Below are positions 1 to 9,410 of a stretch of 64,000 bases of DNA, one piece after another. Both the position numbers and the translations under genes were made by a program. The stretch covers positions 2,178 to 66,177 of the forward strand of contig CANJIS010000009.1 of the NCBI GenBank assembly GCA_947474565.1, in the 5' to 3' direction. The notes under the pieces were generated by a model. The model made no database searches. It was not told the DNA's origin and worked only from the letters and a program-made list of their open reading frames with translations. The DNA is from Alphaproteobacteria bacterium (GTDB taxonomy: Bacteria; Pseudomonadota; Alphaproteobacteria; Micropepsales; Micropepsaceae). Within the stretch, counting starts at the first letter, position 1. Every line of letters starts with the position of its first letter.

Positions 1-1
1 G

Positions 2-97
2 CTCTTCGACTTCGCCAAGCTGGCATTCATCCCGCCGCTATTTCTGCTCGCGCTGGGCTACGTTGGACTGTGGGTCGGGCGCGGGTTTAGGCGGTAG
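2..97 (+). CDS. 3' end of a small membrane protein, truncated by the window edge; probably island cargo
   Basis: Open frame LFDFAKLAFIPPLFLLALGYVGLWVGRGFRR* with a hydrophobic stretch; TAG at 95-97. Confidence 0.5.
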   Translation, partial: LFDFAKLAFIPPLFLLALGYVGLWVGRGFRR

Positions 98-477
98 GGC
101 TATGACGTAGCCCATCGCACGACAAGCTCAACCGACTCTGCCTCGCCTTCGGCTGATATCGCCAAGCTGGGTCGGCCCCATGCGTCCTGACTTGCCCTTC
201 CCGCAACGAGTCAAAATGCCAGCCCATTTGTACGGCCATGTCATAGCTATGAGGCACCCACCCCGTCGAAGGGCGATGGGGGGTGGGGGGGTGTTGCCTG
301 TAGCCAAATCCGGGACAATTGTGGGGCAGCCACCAGCGTTTCGGCTCTGAAACCCATTGCTTCGTCCGCAGACCAGCACTAGCTTGCGAACTTCTAGGGC
401 GTTGGTTTGTAACAATTTATTGCTGTGCAGTAGGCGTTCATCTTCTGAAGCATGATTAGCTGTGAATGCGTTGGCGG

Positions 478-525
478 CCCTTCACACGGGAGGGGTCACA
501 GGTTCAATCCCTGTCGCGCCCACCA
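478..525 (+). mobile_element. att site: displaced 3' fragment of tRNA-Val(CAC), marking the right boundary of an integrated element
   Basis: ccc-TTCACAC-gggag anticodon loop, T-arm ggttcaatcc and acceptor 3' strand cgcgccc-A-CCA are present; the 5' half (GGGCGCG plus D-arm) is absent upstream. Confidence 0.85.
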
Positions 526-567
526 TTTTCCGGGTTGCAGTAGCCAGTCCCGACAGGGATTGAACCT
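500..567. repeat. 17-bp perfect inverted repeat: tRNA T-arm sequence (500-516) and its antisense copy (551-567)
   Basis: aggttcaatccctgtcg versus cgacagggattgaacct. Confidence 0.9.
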
Positions 568-598
568 TGTTTGATTGCGCCGCATACCCGGCGCGGGG

Positions 599-624
599 CC
601 CTGTCGCGCCTCCCATTATTCCGG
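599..624 (+). repeat. Degenerate second copy of the tRNA 3' end and trailer
   Basis: ccctgtcgcgcctcccattattccgg versus ccctgtcgcgcccaccattttccgg (509-533). Confidence 0.7.
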
Positions 625-642
625 TGTCGAAGGCGAGCCTGT

Positions 643-2787
643 ATGCAGAGCCCGGATATTCACAACCTGATGGCGGACGCGGTCTGGCACCACCAGGCCG
701 GGCGGTTCGCTGACGCCGAACGGATCTATCGCCAGGTTCTGGCGGTGATGCCCGACAATGGCGCGGCGCTGAACAATCTGGGTGATGCGCTTTGCGCCCT
801 GGGACGCCCCGATGAAGCCGAAGCGTGTTTTCGCCACGCTCTGGTGCTGGCGCCAGGCGATGCCGAAGCACACAATAATCTGGGCGCGCTGTTGTTCGAG
901 ATCGGCAAGCCGGACGCTGCCGAGGCCAGCTTCCGTGCGGCGCTCGCTCTCAAGTCTGATCACATCCAGGCCCATGCCAATCTGGGCGCCACGCTGCACG
1001 CCCAGAACAGGCTGGAGGAAGCCGAAGAAAGTTATCGCCAGGCGCTGGCGCTGAATCCCGACTTGATGTTCGCAGCCAGCAATCTGGCCGCCGCGCTTTG
1101 GGAACAGGGCAAGCCGCAAGAAGCGGCAGACCTCTATCATCGCGTACTCAAACAGCATCCGCAGGATGGTGAGACTCTCAGCGGGTTGGCGGCGGTGACG
1201 CTGGCGATGGGCGATCCCGCCACGGCGCTGCAATGGATCCGCCAATCGCTCACCATCCAGGAGAACGCCAAAGCGCGGCGGATTTTTTGCGATATCGTCC
1301 AGCAATTGCGCTGGACGGGCGACGATCCGCAAATCCGCGATTTTCTGGCGCGCGCCATCAACCAGACCTGGGCGCGGCCGCGCGATCGGGCACAGAGCGC
1401 CGCTGGACTGATCAAGCAGGGCCCAAGCGGCGCCCTGATGGCCCGCGCAGCACAGCCGGACGACGCGCAGGCACTGGCGCAAGATGCATTGCTGATGGCG
1501 TTGCTGGTTTCGACCCAAAACACCGATATCGAACTGGAGCGCTTTCTGACTTCGGCGCGGCGGCTGATGCTGGATGAAGCAGGCGCGCAAAGCGGCCTGG
1601 AATTCTGGAGCGCCCTGACGCGCCAATGCTTCATCAATGAATACGTCTTCTTCCGTGGCGAGGAAGAAAAACGTGCCGCGGAAAAGCTGCGTGACGATCT
1701 CGCGGCGGCGCTCAAAGCTGGGCAATCACCGTCATCGATGCTGGTGCTGACGGTGGCGGCTTATTTTCCTCTGGGTACCATCCCGTCTTGCGAACGCCTG
1801 CTAGACGGAAAATACCCGGCCGCTGTGGACGCCGTCATCACCCAACAAATACGCGAGCCCGCAGAAGAACAGCGTTTGCGCGCCGCCATTCCGCAACTTA
1901 CGCCCATCGAAGACGGCGTGTCTCAATCGGTGCGAGCGCATTACGAAGAAAATCCTTATCCGCGCTGGATCAATCCGGCGCCGGCGGAACAATCAAGGGG
2001 CATCGGTCCGTATCTGCGGCAGACCTTTCCGCTGGCGCGTTTTACCGCGCCCAATGGCAAAGTGCGGTTGCTCAGCGCCGGATGCGGCACCGGTCAGTTG
2101 CCGATTGAATGCGCCCGCGCTCTGGATGCGGATGTGCTGGCGGCGGATCTCAGCCTGGCCAGCCTTGGCTATGCCCGCCGCAAGGCTGAAGAGCTTCAAA
2201 TTTCCAATATCCGTTTTGCGCAAGCCGATATCCTGACTCTGGGACAGGCCGGACAAAAATTCGATGTGATTGAATCATCCGGCGTGCTGCACCACATGGC
2301 GGAGCCTTTCACGGGTTGGCGGGCGCTTCTGGATTTGCTGGCGCCGAGGGGCTTCATGCTGGTGGCGCTGTACAGCCGGCTGGCCCGGCGCAATGTTGAA
2401 CGCACCCGAAACCTTATCGCCGAACGCGGGACCGGCGTCAGCGCCGATGCCATCCGCCAATGCCGTCAGGATCTGTTGGCCCTGCCGGAAAGCGAAAATT
2501 TCGTCACCACCAGCGCCAGCGATTTTTTCGGAATCAGCACCTGCCGCGACCTGCTTTTCCACGGCCAGGAAACCCAGCTGGATCTTGGTCAGATCGGCGG
2601 CTTCCTGAAAGAAAACGGCCTGTCTCTGCTGGGCTTCGAAATCAGCAGCGACGTGCATTACGCCTATCGCCAGCGCTTTCCCGGCGATCCGGCGGCTGTG
2701 AACCTTGAGAACTGGCAGGCTTTTGAAGCCGACCACCCGGATACCTTCGCCGCCATGTATATTTTCTGGGTTCAGAAGTCCGGTTGA
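643..2787 (+). CDS. TPR-repeat protein with C-terminal class I SAM-dependent methyltransferase
   Basis: N-terminal TPR repeats (AHNNLG, ALNNLG); YEENPYPRW; SAM motif LSAGCGTG; DVIESSGVLHH; ATG 643 preferred over TTG 571. Confidence 0.85.
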   Translation: MQSPDIHNLMADAVWHHQAGRFADAERIYRQVLAVMPDNGAALNNLGDALCALGRPDEAEACFRHALVLAPGDAEAHNNLGALLFEIGKPDAAEASFRAALALKSDHIQAHANLGATLHAQNRLEEAEESYRQALALNPDLMFAASNLAAALWEQGKPQEAADLYHRVLKQHPQDGETLSGLAAVTLAMGDPATALQWIRQSLTIQENAKARRIFCDIVQQLRWTGDDPQIRDFLARAINQTWARPRDRAQSAAGLIKQGPSGALMARAAQPDDAQALAQDALLMALLVSTQNTDIELERFLTSARRLMLDEAGAQSGLEFWSALTRQCFINEYVFFRGEEEKRAAEKLRDDLAAALKAGQSPSSMLVLTVAAYFPLGTIPSCERLLDGKYPAAVDAVITQQIREPAEEQRLRAAIPQLTPIEDGVSQSVRAHYEENPYPRWINPAPAEQSRGIGPYLRQTFPLARFTAPNGKVRLLSAGCGTGQLPIECARALDADVLAADLSLASLGYARRKAEELQISNIRFAQADILTLGQAGQKFDVIESSGVLHHMAEPFTGWRALLDLLAPRGFMLVALYSRLARRNVERTRNLIAERGTGVSADAIRQCRQDLLALPESENFVTTSASDFFGISTCRDLLFHGQETQLDLGQIGGFLKENGLSLLGFEISSDVHYAYRQRFPGDPAAVNLENWQAFEADHPDTFAAMYIFWVQKSG

Positions 2788-2803
2788 AGACCCGCCCCGG
2801 AGT

Positions 2804-4075
2804 ATGTCAAACGGGTGCCCGCATTCAGACCTGAAGGCCGCCCCCTTGCCTAACGATCAGTCGAACCTCTCCAAAATCCTGGTCGCCCAAGGCGGCGGCC
2901 CCACCGCCGTGATCAACCAGTCGCTTGCCGGCGTGGTGCTGGAAGCGCGCAAATTCGCGCAAGTCCAGAAGGTCTATGGCGCGCTGCATGGCATTCGCGG
3001 GATCATCAACGAAGACTTTGTCGATCTGAGCCAGGAAAGTGTCGAAAATCTGGAGAGGGTGGCTGAGACACCCTCTTCCGCGCTGGGCTCGACCCGCGAC
3101 AAGCCGGACGACAAATATTGCGCCGAAATCTTCAAGTCGTTGCAGGCGCACGGCATCGGATGCTTCGCCTATATCGGCGGCAATGACAGTTCCGACACGG
3201 TGCGCATCGTTTCCGACCATGCCAAGGCAGCCAACTATCCTCTGCGCTGCATGCATATTCCCAAAACCATCGACAATGACCTGATGGTCAACGACCACAC
3301 GCCCGGTTTTCCCTCGGCGGCGCGTTTTGTGGCCCAGGCCTTTGCTGGCGCCAATCTTGATAACCGCGCCCTGCCGGGAATCTATCTGGCGGTGGTGATG
3401 GGCCGGCACGCCGGATTTCTCACCGCTGCGGCGGCGCTGGCGGCGAAATTCCCCGATGACGGACCGCATCTGGTGTATGTGCCCGAGCGCGCCTTCGATC
3501 AGGAACGCTTTCTGGCCGATGTCAAAAAGACGATGGACAAATATGGCCGCTGCGTCGTTGCCCTGTCGGAAGGCATTGCCGACGACAAGCATGTTCCCAT
3601 CGCCACCAAGTTGATGGCCCAGGTGGAGAAGGACGCCCATGGCAATGTCGAACTGGCGGGCGGCGCCCTGGCGGATTCGCTGACCAAGCTGATCAAGGAC
3701 AAGCTGGGTTTCAAGCGGGTGCGCGGCGATACCTTCGGTTATGTCCAGCGCAGCTTCCTGGGCTGCGTTTCGGATGTGGATCAGCGCGAAGCCCGTGCCG
3801 TGGGCGCAAAGGCCGTACAATATGCCGTGGAGGGCCAGCAGGATGGCTCGGTCACCATTCACCGCAGCAGCGGGAACTATGCCGCCGAATACAAGCTTTC
3901 AGCCTTGGCAGACATCGCAGGCAAGACCAAGCTGATGCCCGACGCGTTCATTGCCGCCGACGGCAATCACGTCACCGACGCCTTCCGCGATTATCTGCGC
4001 CCGCTGCTGGGCAGCAACATGCCGGAAGCTGCGCGCTTGCAGCGCACCCCGGTGGCGAAAATTCTCAAGCCCTGA
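2804..4075 (+). CDS. pfp: 6-phosphofructokinase, predicted pyrophosphate-dependent
   Basis: [30 protein letters not shown] motifs; start uncertain (2804 or TTG 2846). Confidence 0.85.
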   Translation: MSNGCPHSDLKAAPLPNDQSNLSKILVAQGGGPTAVINQSLAGVVLEARKFAQVQKVYGALHGIRGIINEDFVDLSQESVENLERVAETPSSALGSTRDKPDDKYCAEIFKSLQAHGIGCFAYIGGNDSSDTVRIVSDHAKAANYPLRCMHIPKTIDNDLMVNDHTPGFPSAARFVAQAFAGANLDNRALPGIYLAVVMGRHAGFLTAAAALAAKFPDDGPHLVYVPERAFDQERFLADVKKTMDKYGRCVVALSEGIADDKHVPIATKLMAQVEKDAHGNVELAGGALADSLTKLIKDKLGFKRVRGDTFGYVQRSFLGCVSDVDQREARAVGAKAVQYAVEGQQDGSVTIHRSSGNYAAEYKLSALADIAGKTKLMPDAFIAADGNHVTDAFRDYLRPLLGSNMPEAARLQRTPVAKILKP

Positions 4076-4112
4076 GGGCATCACGCCCCAATTTCGTAGT
4101 AAAAGGGCCTGC

Positions 4113-5006
4113 ATGGCGGACCTGGATATCCGAAAAGAAAATGCGCGGGCCTGGTTCGAAAGCCTGGCGGTGAAAATCATCGCCACGTTCGAAAAGCTCG
4201 ACGCACAGGCGCCCGACAGCTATCGCGGCAAGCCCGGTAAGTTCGTGCGTACGCCCTGGCAGCGCAAGGCCCCGGCCGCCACAGGCGGCCAAGGCATGAA
4301 GGATGAAGGCGGCGGCCTGATGGGCATGATGCGCGGCCGCCTGTTCGAAAAAGTGGGTGTGCATGTTTCAACCGTGCAAGGCGAATTCTCACCCGACTTC
4401 GCCAAACAGGTAAAAGGCGCGGGCGATGATCCGCGTTTTTGGGCCAGCGGCATCAGCCTGATCGCCCATATGAAGAATCCGCACATCCCCGCGGTGCACA
4501 TGAACACGCGCATGATCGTGACGCGGGAAAACTGGTTCGGCGGCGGCGCCGACCTCAACCCCACTCTGGATACGGCGCGCACCGCCGAACATCAGGATAC
4601 CAAGGATTTTCATGCTCGCCTGAAAACGGCCTGCGATGATTTCGACAAGGCCTGGTATCCCAAATACAAGAAATGGGCGGATGACTATTTCTGGCTGCCG
4701 CATCGCGGCGAGCCGCGCGGCGTGGGCGGCATCTTTTACGATCATCACGATAGCGGCGACTGGGACAAGGATTTCGCCTTCACGCGCAGTGTCGGCGAAG
4801 CTTTCCAGGACGTTTACCCCAAGATCGTGAAGCGGCGCTGGAAGAAAGAATGGACGCCGGCGGAACGGCGCGAACAATCCAAATGGCGCAGCCGTTATGT
4901 CGAGTTCAATCTGCTCTATGACCGCGGCACCACCTTCGGGCTGAAGACCGGTGGCAATGTCGAAAGCATTCTGTCCTCCATGCCGCCGGTGGCGGAATGG
5001 CCATGA
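4113..5006 (+). CDS. hemF: Oxygen-dependent coproporphyrinogen III oxidase
   Basis: [48 protein letters not shown]. Confidence 0.97.
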   Translation: MADLDIRKENARAWFESLAVKIIATFEKLDAQAPDSYRGKPGKFVRTPWQRKAPAATGGQGMKDEGGGLMGMMRGRLFEKVGVHVSTVQGEFSPDFAKQVKGAGDDPRFWASGISLIAHMKNPHIPAVHMNTRMIVTRENWFGGGADLNPTLDTARTAEHQDTKDFHARLKTACDDFDKAWYPKYKKWADDYFWLPHRGEPRGVGGIFYDHHDSGDWDKDFAFTRSVGEAFQDVYPKIVKRRWKKEWTPAERREQSKWRSRYVEFNLLYDRGTTFGLKTGGNVESILSSMPPVAEWP

Positions 5007-5932
5007 AGATCGGCACGCGTGGCTCACCCCTGGCGCTGACCCAGACCAAGATGGTGGCGGTCCTGCTGGCGCGCGCCAGCGGCAAAGACGTGGGTGACTT
5101 TCCTCTCGAGAGCTTTGTCACCAGTGGCGACAAGCTGAAAGATCAGCGCCTGCAGGATGCCGGCGGCAAAGGCCTGTTCACCAAGGAACTGGACGAAGCG
5201 TTGCTGGATGGCCGCATCGATATCGCCGTGCATTCCATGAAGGACCTGCCGACGCATCTGCCGGATGGCATTGTGCTGGCGGCCGTGCCGGAGCGGGAAG
5301 ATCCGCGTGACGCCTTCATTTCGCACAAAGCGAAAAGTCTGAATGAGTTGCCGCAAGGCGCGGTGGTCGGCACCGCCTCGCTGCGCCGCCAGGCCCAGGC
5401 GCTGCATTTGCGGCCCGACCTCAAGGTGGTGATCCTGCGCGGCAGTGTTCAAACACGATTGCAAAAGCTGGAAGCGGGCGTCATCGACGCCACCTTCCTG
5501 GCGCTGGCGGGCTTGAATCGCCTGGGTCTCGCCGGTCACGCCACTTCGCTTGTCGATAGCGAAGATATGCCATCCGCGCCCGGCCAGGGCGCGCTGGCCA
5601 TCACCTGCCGCAGCGATGACGAAAATGCGCGCGCGATGCTGGCGAAGATTTCCGTAGCGGAAAGCGAAACCGCTGTCGCGGCGGAGCGCGGATTCCTGAC
5701 GGCCTTGGACGGATCGTGCCGCACGCCTATCGGCGCGCTAGCAATTATAAAGAACGGTAAGCTGCGTCTGGTGGGCGAAGTCCTGTCGCCGGACGGAAAA
5801 GAACATTGGCGGCGCGAAGACGCGATTGATCTTCCCGGTGACGCGGTTGCGCTGGGCATGAAACTGGGAAAAGCCATTCGCGCCCAGGCGGGCGAAGCCT
5901 TCATTCAAAGTCTGGAAAAACGCGGATGGTAA
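5003..5932 (+). CDS. hemC: Hydroxymethylbilane synthase
   Basis: [43 protein letters not shown]. Confidence 0.97.
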   Translation: MKIGTRGSPLALTQTKMVAVLLARASGKDVGDFPLESFVTSGDKLKDQRLQDAGGKGLFTKELDEALLDGRIDIAVHSMKDLPTHLPDGIVLAAVPEREDPRDAFISHKAKSLNELPQGAVVGTASLRRQAQALHLRPDLKVVILRGSVQTRLQKLEAGVIDATFLALAGLNRLGLAGHATSLVDSEDMPSAPGQGALAITCRSDDENARAMLAKISVAESETAVAAERGFLTALDGSCRTPIGALAIIKNGKLRLVGEVLSPDGKEHWRREDAIDLPGDAVALGMKLGKAIRAQAGEAFIQSLEKRGW

Positions 5933-6936
5933 AAAAGCTGCTGCAAGTGTTGAAGGGTGAGGCGGTGTCGCCGCCCCCTGTCTGGCTGATGCGACAGGCC
6001 GGCCGCTATCTGCCGGAATATCGCGCCTTGCGCGCCAAGGCGCCGGATTTCATCCGCTTCTGCCTGACCCCGGATGTGGCGGCGGAAGTAACCCTGCAGC
6101 CGGTGCTGCGCTTTGATCTGGATGCCGCCATCCTGTTTGCGGACATTCTTTTGATCCCCCACGCGCTGGGACAAAAAGTGTGGTTTGCCGAAGGTGAAGG
6201 GCCGCGTCTGGAGCCGGTGCGCGATATGGCGGGACTGGACGCCCTTACCTATAGCGCCGCGATGTTGGCGCCGGTGATGGAAACCATCAAGCGCGTACGT
6301 GCCGATCTGCCTGAACGTGCGGCGCTGATCGGCTTCGCTGGCGCGCCCTGGACCGTCGCCACTTATATGATCGAAGGCATGGGCGGCACTGATCATGGGA
6401 CGACCAAGGCGTTGGCGGAAAAAGATCCCGCCTTCTTCGACCGCCTGATGGATATTCTGGTGGAAAGCACCAGCGCCTATCTGATCGCCCAGGCCAATGC
6501 CGGGGCGGAAGCGTTGCAAATCTTTGAAAGCTGGGCGGGCAGCGTGCCGGATGCGCTGTGGGGCCGCGCGGTGCTGGAACCGACCCGGCGCGTTGTCGAA
6601 GCCGTGAAGGCGAAACATCCCAACATGCCTGTCATCGGCTTTCCCCGCCTGAAGGGTGCATTGGCTTCGGACTACGCCAAGGCAACGGGCGTGAATGGCG
6701 TCGGCATCGACCAGATGACCGACATCACCGCCCTGCAAATGCCCAGAGGCATCGCGGTGCAGGGCAATCTCAGTCCGGAATTGCTGCTGGAAGGCGGCGA
6801 GACAATGCGCGCCGAAGCCAAGCGCCTGGTCAAGGCCATGACCGGCAAGCCCTTCATCTTCAATCTGGGCCATGGCGTGATGCAGCCGACGCCGCCCGAA
6901 CATGTGGCGGAGCTGGTCGCGGCGATACGGAGTTAG
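5926..6936 (+). CDS. hemE: Uroporphyrinogen decarboxylase
   Basis: PVWLMRQAGRYLPEY, LIGFAGAPWT, FNLGHG. Confidence 0.97.
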   Translation: MVKKLLQVLKGEAVSPPPVWLMRQAGRYLPEYRALRAKAPDFIRFCLTPDVAAEVTLQPVLRFDLDAAILFADILLIPHALGQKVWFAEGEGPRLEPVRDMAGLDALTYSAAMLAPVMETIKRVRADLPERAALIGFAGAPWTVATYMIEGMGGTDHGTTKALAEKDPAFFDRLMDILVESTSAYLIAQANAGAEALQIFESWAGSVPDALWGRAVLEPTRRVVEAVKAKHPNMPVIGFPRLKGALASDYAKATGVNGVGIDQMTDITALQMPRGIAVQGNLSPELLLEGGETMRAEAKRLVKAMTGKPFIFNLGHGVMQPTPPEHVAELVAAIRS

Positions 6937-8087
6937 TTGCGCTTCTGGATGTAAGAGCTGTCGAGGGTGGCCACCGACGGGCAACCCAGCAGCCGCATGG
7001 TGCGCAATAGATCGGCGTGGAAAATCTCCAGCGCCCGGTCAATGCCCTTCTCGCCCGCCGCCGCCATGCCATAGGCATAACCGCGCCCCAGCATCACGGC
7101 CTTGGCGCCCAGCGCCAGCGCCTTGACGATATCGCCGCCGCGCCGAATGCCGCCATCCATCAGCACTTCGATGTCATTGCCAACGGCGGTGACAATTTCC
7201 GGCAAGGCTTCCATGCCCGACGCCACCTGATCGAGCTGGCGGCCGCCATGATTGGACACCACCACCGCGGTGGCGCCCAGATCGCGGGCATGGCGCGCGT
7301 CATCGCCGGTGAGGATGCCCTTGATGGCGATGGGACCCCGCCATTGGGCGCGGATCCATTTGAGATCGTCCCAAGTCACCACGGATGTCTCCAGCGCCTT
7401 GGCGACATCGGTCAGCGGGAAATGCGCGCCGTCCGGTGTCATCACATTGGGCAGCGTCTTCATCTTGCCGCCGCTGAGATAACCCATCAGCCAGCGCGGA
7501 TGCGCCAGTATGTCGGGAATATAAGGCAGCTTGGCGGACAGGCTTTGACCCATCAGGTGGCGCGTACCGTTGCGGAAATCGCGTTCGCGCATTCCAGCTA
7601 CCGGCGTATCCACGGTGAGGAACAGGCCTTTGTAGCCGGCGGCATGGACGCGCTCCAAAGTTTTCTCGCCAGCGGCGCGTCCGGCAAGAAGATAGATTTG
7701 CAAAAAGACCGGCGCAGTGGCGGCGGCGGCAATCTCTTCCAACGCATAACCGGAAATCGTGGACATGGCGAAGGGCAAGCCCTGGCGGCCGGCGGCGCGC
7801 ACCGCGCCCAGCTCACCGTCCGGATGGATCAATCGCGAATAACCGATGGGCGCGACAAAGGCCGGCATCGACAGCCTCGCCCCCATCACGGTGGCGGAAA
7901 GATCGGGCTTTGGCACGTGCACGGCATGGCGGGGACGAAAAATATAGTCGGAAAAGACCCGCTCATTTTCCTGAAGGGTGCGCTCATCTTCCGCGCCGCC
8001 GTCCAGATAATCAAAAATGGCATTGGGCAGGCGGGCACGTGCCAGCTTGCGCAGGTCAGCAATGTTGACGGCACGTTCCAGAGACAT
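6933..8087 (-). CDS. FMN-dependent alpha-hydroxy acid oxidase/dehydrogenase (LldD-like)
   Basis: FDYLDGGAEDE, SNHGGRQLD, DGGIRRG motifs. Confidence 0.92.
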   Translation of the reverse strand: MSLERAVNIADLRKLARARLPNAIFDYLDGGAEDERTLQENERVFSDYIFRPRHAVHVPKPDLSATVMGARLSMPAFVAPIGYSRLIHPDGELGAVRAAGRQGLPFAMSTISGYALEEIAAAATAPVFLQIYLLAGRAAGEKTLERVHAAGYKGLFLTVDTPVAGMRERDFRNGTRHLMGQSLSAKLPYIPDILAHPRWLMGYLSGGKMKTLPNVMTPDGAHFPLTDVAKALETSVVTWDDLKWIRAQWRGPIAIKGILTGDDARHARDLGATAVVVSNHGGRQLDQVASGMEALPEIVTAVGNDIEVLMDGGIRRGGDIVKALALGAKAVMLGRGYAYGMAAAGEKGIDRALEIFHADLLRTMRLLGCPSVATLDSSYIQKRN

Positions 8088-8117
8088 GGCCCGAACTTAC
8101 CGGAACCTGACCACAAC

Positions 8118-8150
8118 AAAAAGCGGACAGGATCCGAGGACCCTGCCCGC
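8118..8150 (-). terminator. Intrinsic terminator downstream of the 58-aa ORF
   Basis: Minus strand gcgggcagggtcc-tc-ggatcctgtccgc followed by ttttt. Confidence 0.8.
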
Positions 8151-8180
8151 CTTTCACGCCCGCCAAAGCGGACTTAATCG

Positions 8181-8357
8181 TTACATCTTGGCGACTTGGC
8201 CATCGACTTCGTTGCCGGGACCGGGGCGGGTTTCGTTCAAACCCTTGCCCGAAGACTTTTCGACCGGGGTCTCCACATCGTCGTCAAGGGTGGCGGCGGC
8301 GTCGACCGGTTTGCCCTGGGGCTTCTTGTCATTGAAACTGGTTTTGTCGGTATTCAT
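8181..8357 (-). CDS. Small hydrophilic protein, 58 aa, absent from the ORF track
   Basis: MNTDKTSFNDKKPQGKPVDAAATLDDDVETPVEKSSGKGLNETRPGPGNEVDGQVAKM*; RBS agggaga; own promoter-like site and terminator; GC3-biased codons. Confidence 0.75.
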   Translation of the reverse strand: MNTDKTSFNDKKPQGKPVDAAATLDDDVETPVEKSSGKGLNETRPGPGNEVDGQVAKM

Positions 8358-8384
8358 GTCATTCTCCCTATCGTCTGTGGAGAT

Positions 8385-8409
8385 AACGACTGGGGCCTAA
8401 TTGCGTTGC
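8385..8409 (-). promoter_or_regulatory. EcfG/SigT-type general stress promoter (variant)
   Basis: GCAAC-N16-CGTT on the minus strand; consensus GGAAC-N16/17-CGTT. Confidence 0.55.
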
Positions 8410-9359
8410 GAGGCGGGAACTTTGGAAAAAATCCAGCCGGCGACATCCTGATTCACTTTGGGGCCGCCCAAGTCGCGCAGCAGCATATGGTAGCCATTGT
8501 CGTAGCGGCGGACGTCGGCGCGGGCTCCCAGATCGGCGATCACACCATCAGTGGGCGCGCGCGGGATGACCATGTCCTTGAGGCCAGTGAGCAACAGGAT
8601 AGGCGGCGGCGTGGCGGTGATGCGGGCGGGCGCGGCGCGGGCTTCGTCCATCAGATTGACCAAACCGAACAGCGCATCCGCCCTAGTCTGTTTCTGAAAC
8701 AGCGGATCGCGGCCCAGCGCCCGCATCATTTCGATATTGTCGGACGGGTAGATGGTCACCACGCGGCTGGCGGCGCTGTTGGAAAGAATAAGTCCCGGCC
8801 AGGTATGCGCCGCCGCGAACAAGGCGATGCGATAGAGGAGCGGCATGTCGCTGCGCGACCACACCGCCGGGGCCACCAGGATCACGCCATCAAGATGGGG
8901 CGGATTGGGATCGGCCAGCGCCGATAATATCACCGCACCGCCCATGCTTTCGCCCAGGGCGACGACGGGCACGCGGGGATAACGAAGCCGCGCCGCCGCG
9001 GCGAAATCGGCAAGATCACGCCGCATGATGTCATTGCCGCCCCACAGACCCGTGTTAGGCTCGCTGCCGAAGCCGCGCTGATCGAACGCCAAGGTGGTGA
9101 TGCCCGATTTGGCCCATTGCTTGCCGGGACCATCGAACGCGTTGGAGTAATCGCTCATGCCGTGCAGCGCCAGGATCACCGCGCGTGGTTTGCCTTCGGC
9201 ATTCCATTCCCGCATCGGCAATTGCAATCCATCCCGGGTGGTGAAGATGCCGCCGGTCAGCACGGGACTAACGCTTTGGCCCCCGCCGGGCGCCGTGACG
9301 GCAGCGCAGCCGAGCAGAAACAAGCAGAGACAAAGACTGAAAAAATAAGACGGCTTCAT
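8397..9359 (-). CDS. Alpha/beta hydrolase (lysophospholipase-like), probable lipoprotein
   Basis: LHGMSDY, DQRGFG, GESMGG nucleophile elbow, YHMLLRD; LLGC lipobox-like N-terminus. Confidence 0.88.
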   Translation of the reverse strand: MKPSYFFSLCLCLFLLGCAAVTAPGGGQSVSPVLTGGIFTTRDGLQLPMREWNAEGKPRAVILALHGMSDYSNAFDGPGKQWAKSGITTLAFDQRGFGSEPNTGLWGGNDIMRRDLADFAAAARLRYPRVPVVALGESMGGAVILSALADPNPPHLDGVILVAPAVWSRSDMPLLYRIALFAAAHTWPGLILSNSAASRVVTIYPSDNIEMMRALGRDPLFQKQTRADALFGLVNLMDEARAAPARITATPPPILLLTGLKDMVIPRAPTDGVIADLGARADVRRYDNGYHMLLRDLGGPKVNQDVAGWIFSKVPASQRN

Positions 9360-9410
9360 ATGCTCCGGTCCGGCTCCCCGTTCGCGCGAAGCGCTTGAAG
9401 GCAGAGGGGG

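Noticed and set aside
271-312. Phage cos or terminase-proximal site suggested by the G-rich tract
   Set aside because: No terminase or HNH gene in view; the resemblance is impressionistic.
128-415. 95-aa ORF at the island end
   Set aside because: No recognisable motif, no RBS, and it runs through a homopolymer tract.
450-525. Intact tRNA-Val gene
   Set aside because: The 5' acceptor strand and D-arm are missing; only the part from the anticodon stem to CCA is present.
482-871. 129-aa minus-strand ORF ending MVGATGIEPVTPPV
   Set aside because: That peptide is the typical antisense translation of a tRNA, and the rest shadows the TPR gene.
700-1260. CRISPR-like periodic repeats
   Set aside because: The periodicity is in-frame TPR coding sequence; no repeat-spacer array or cas gene in the window.
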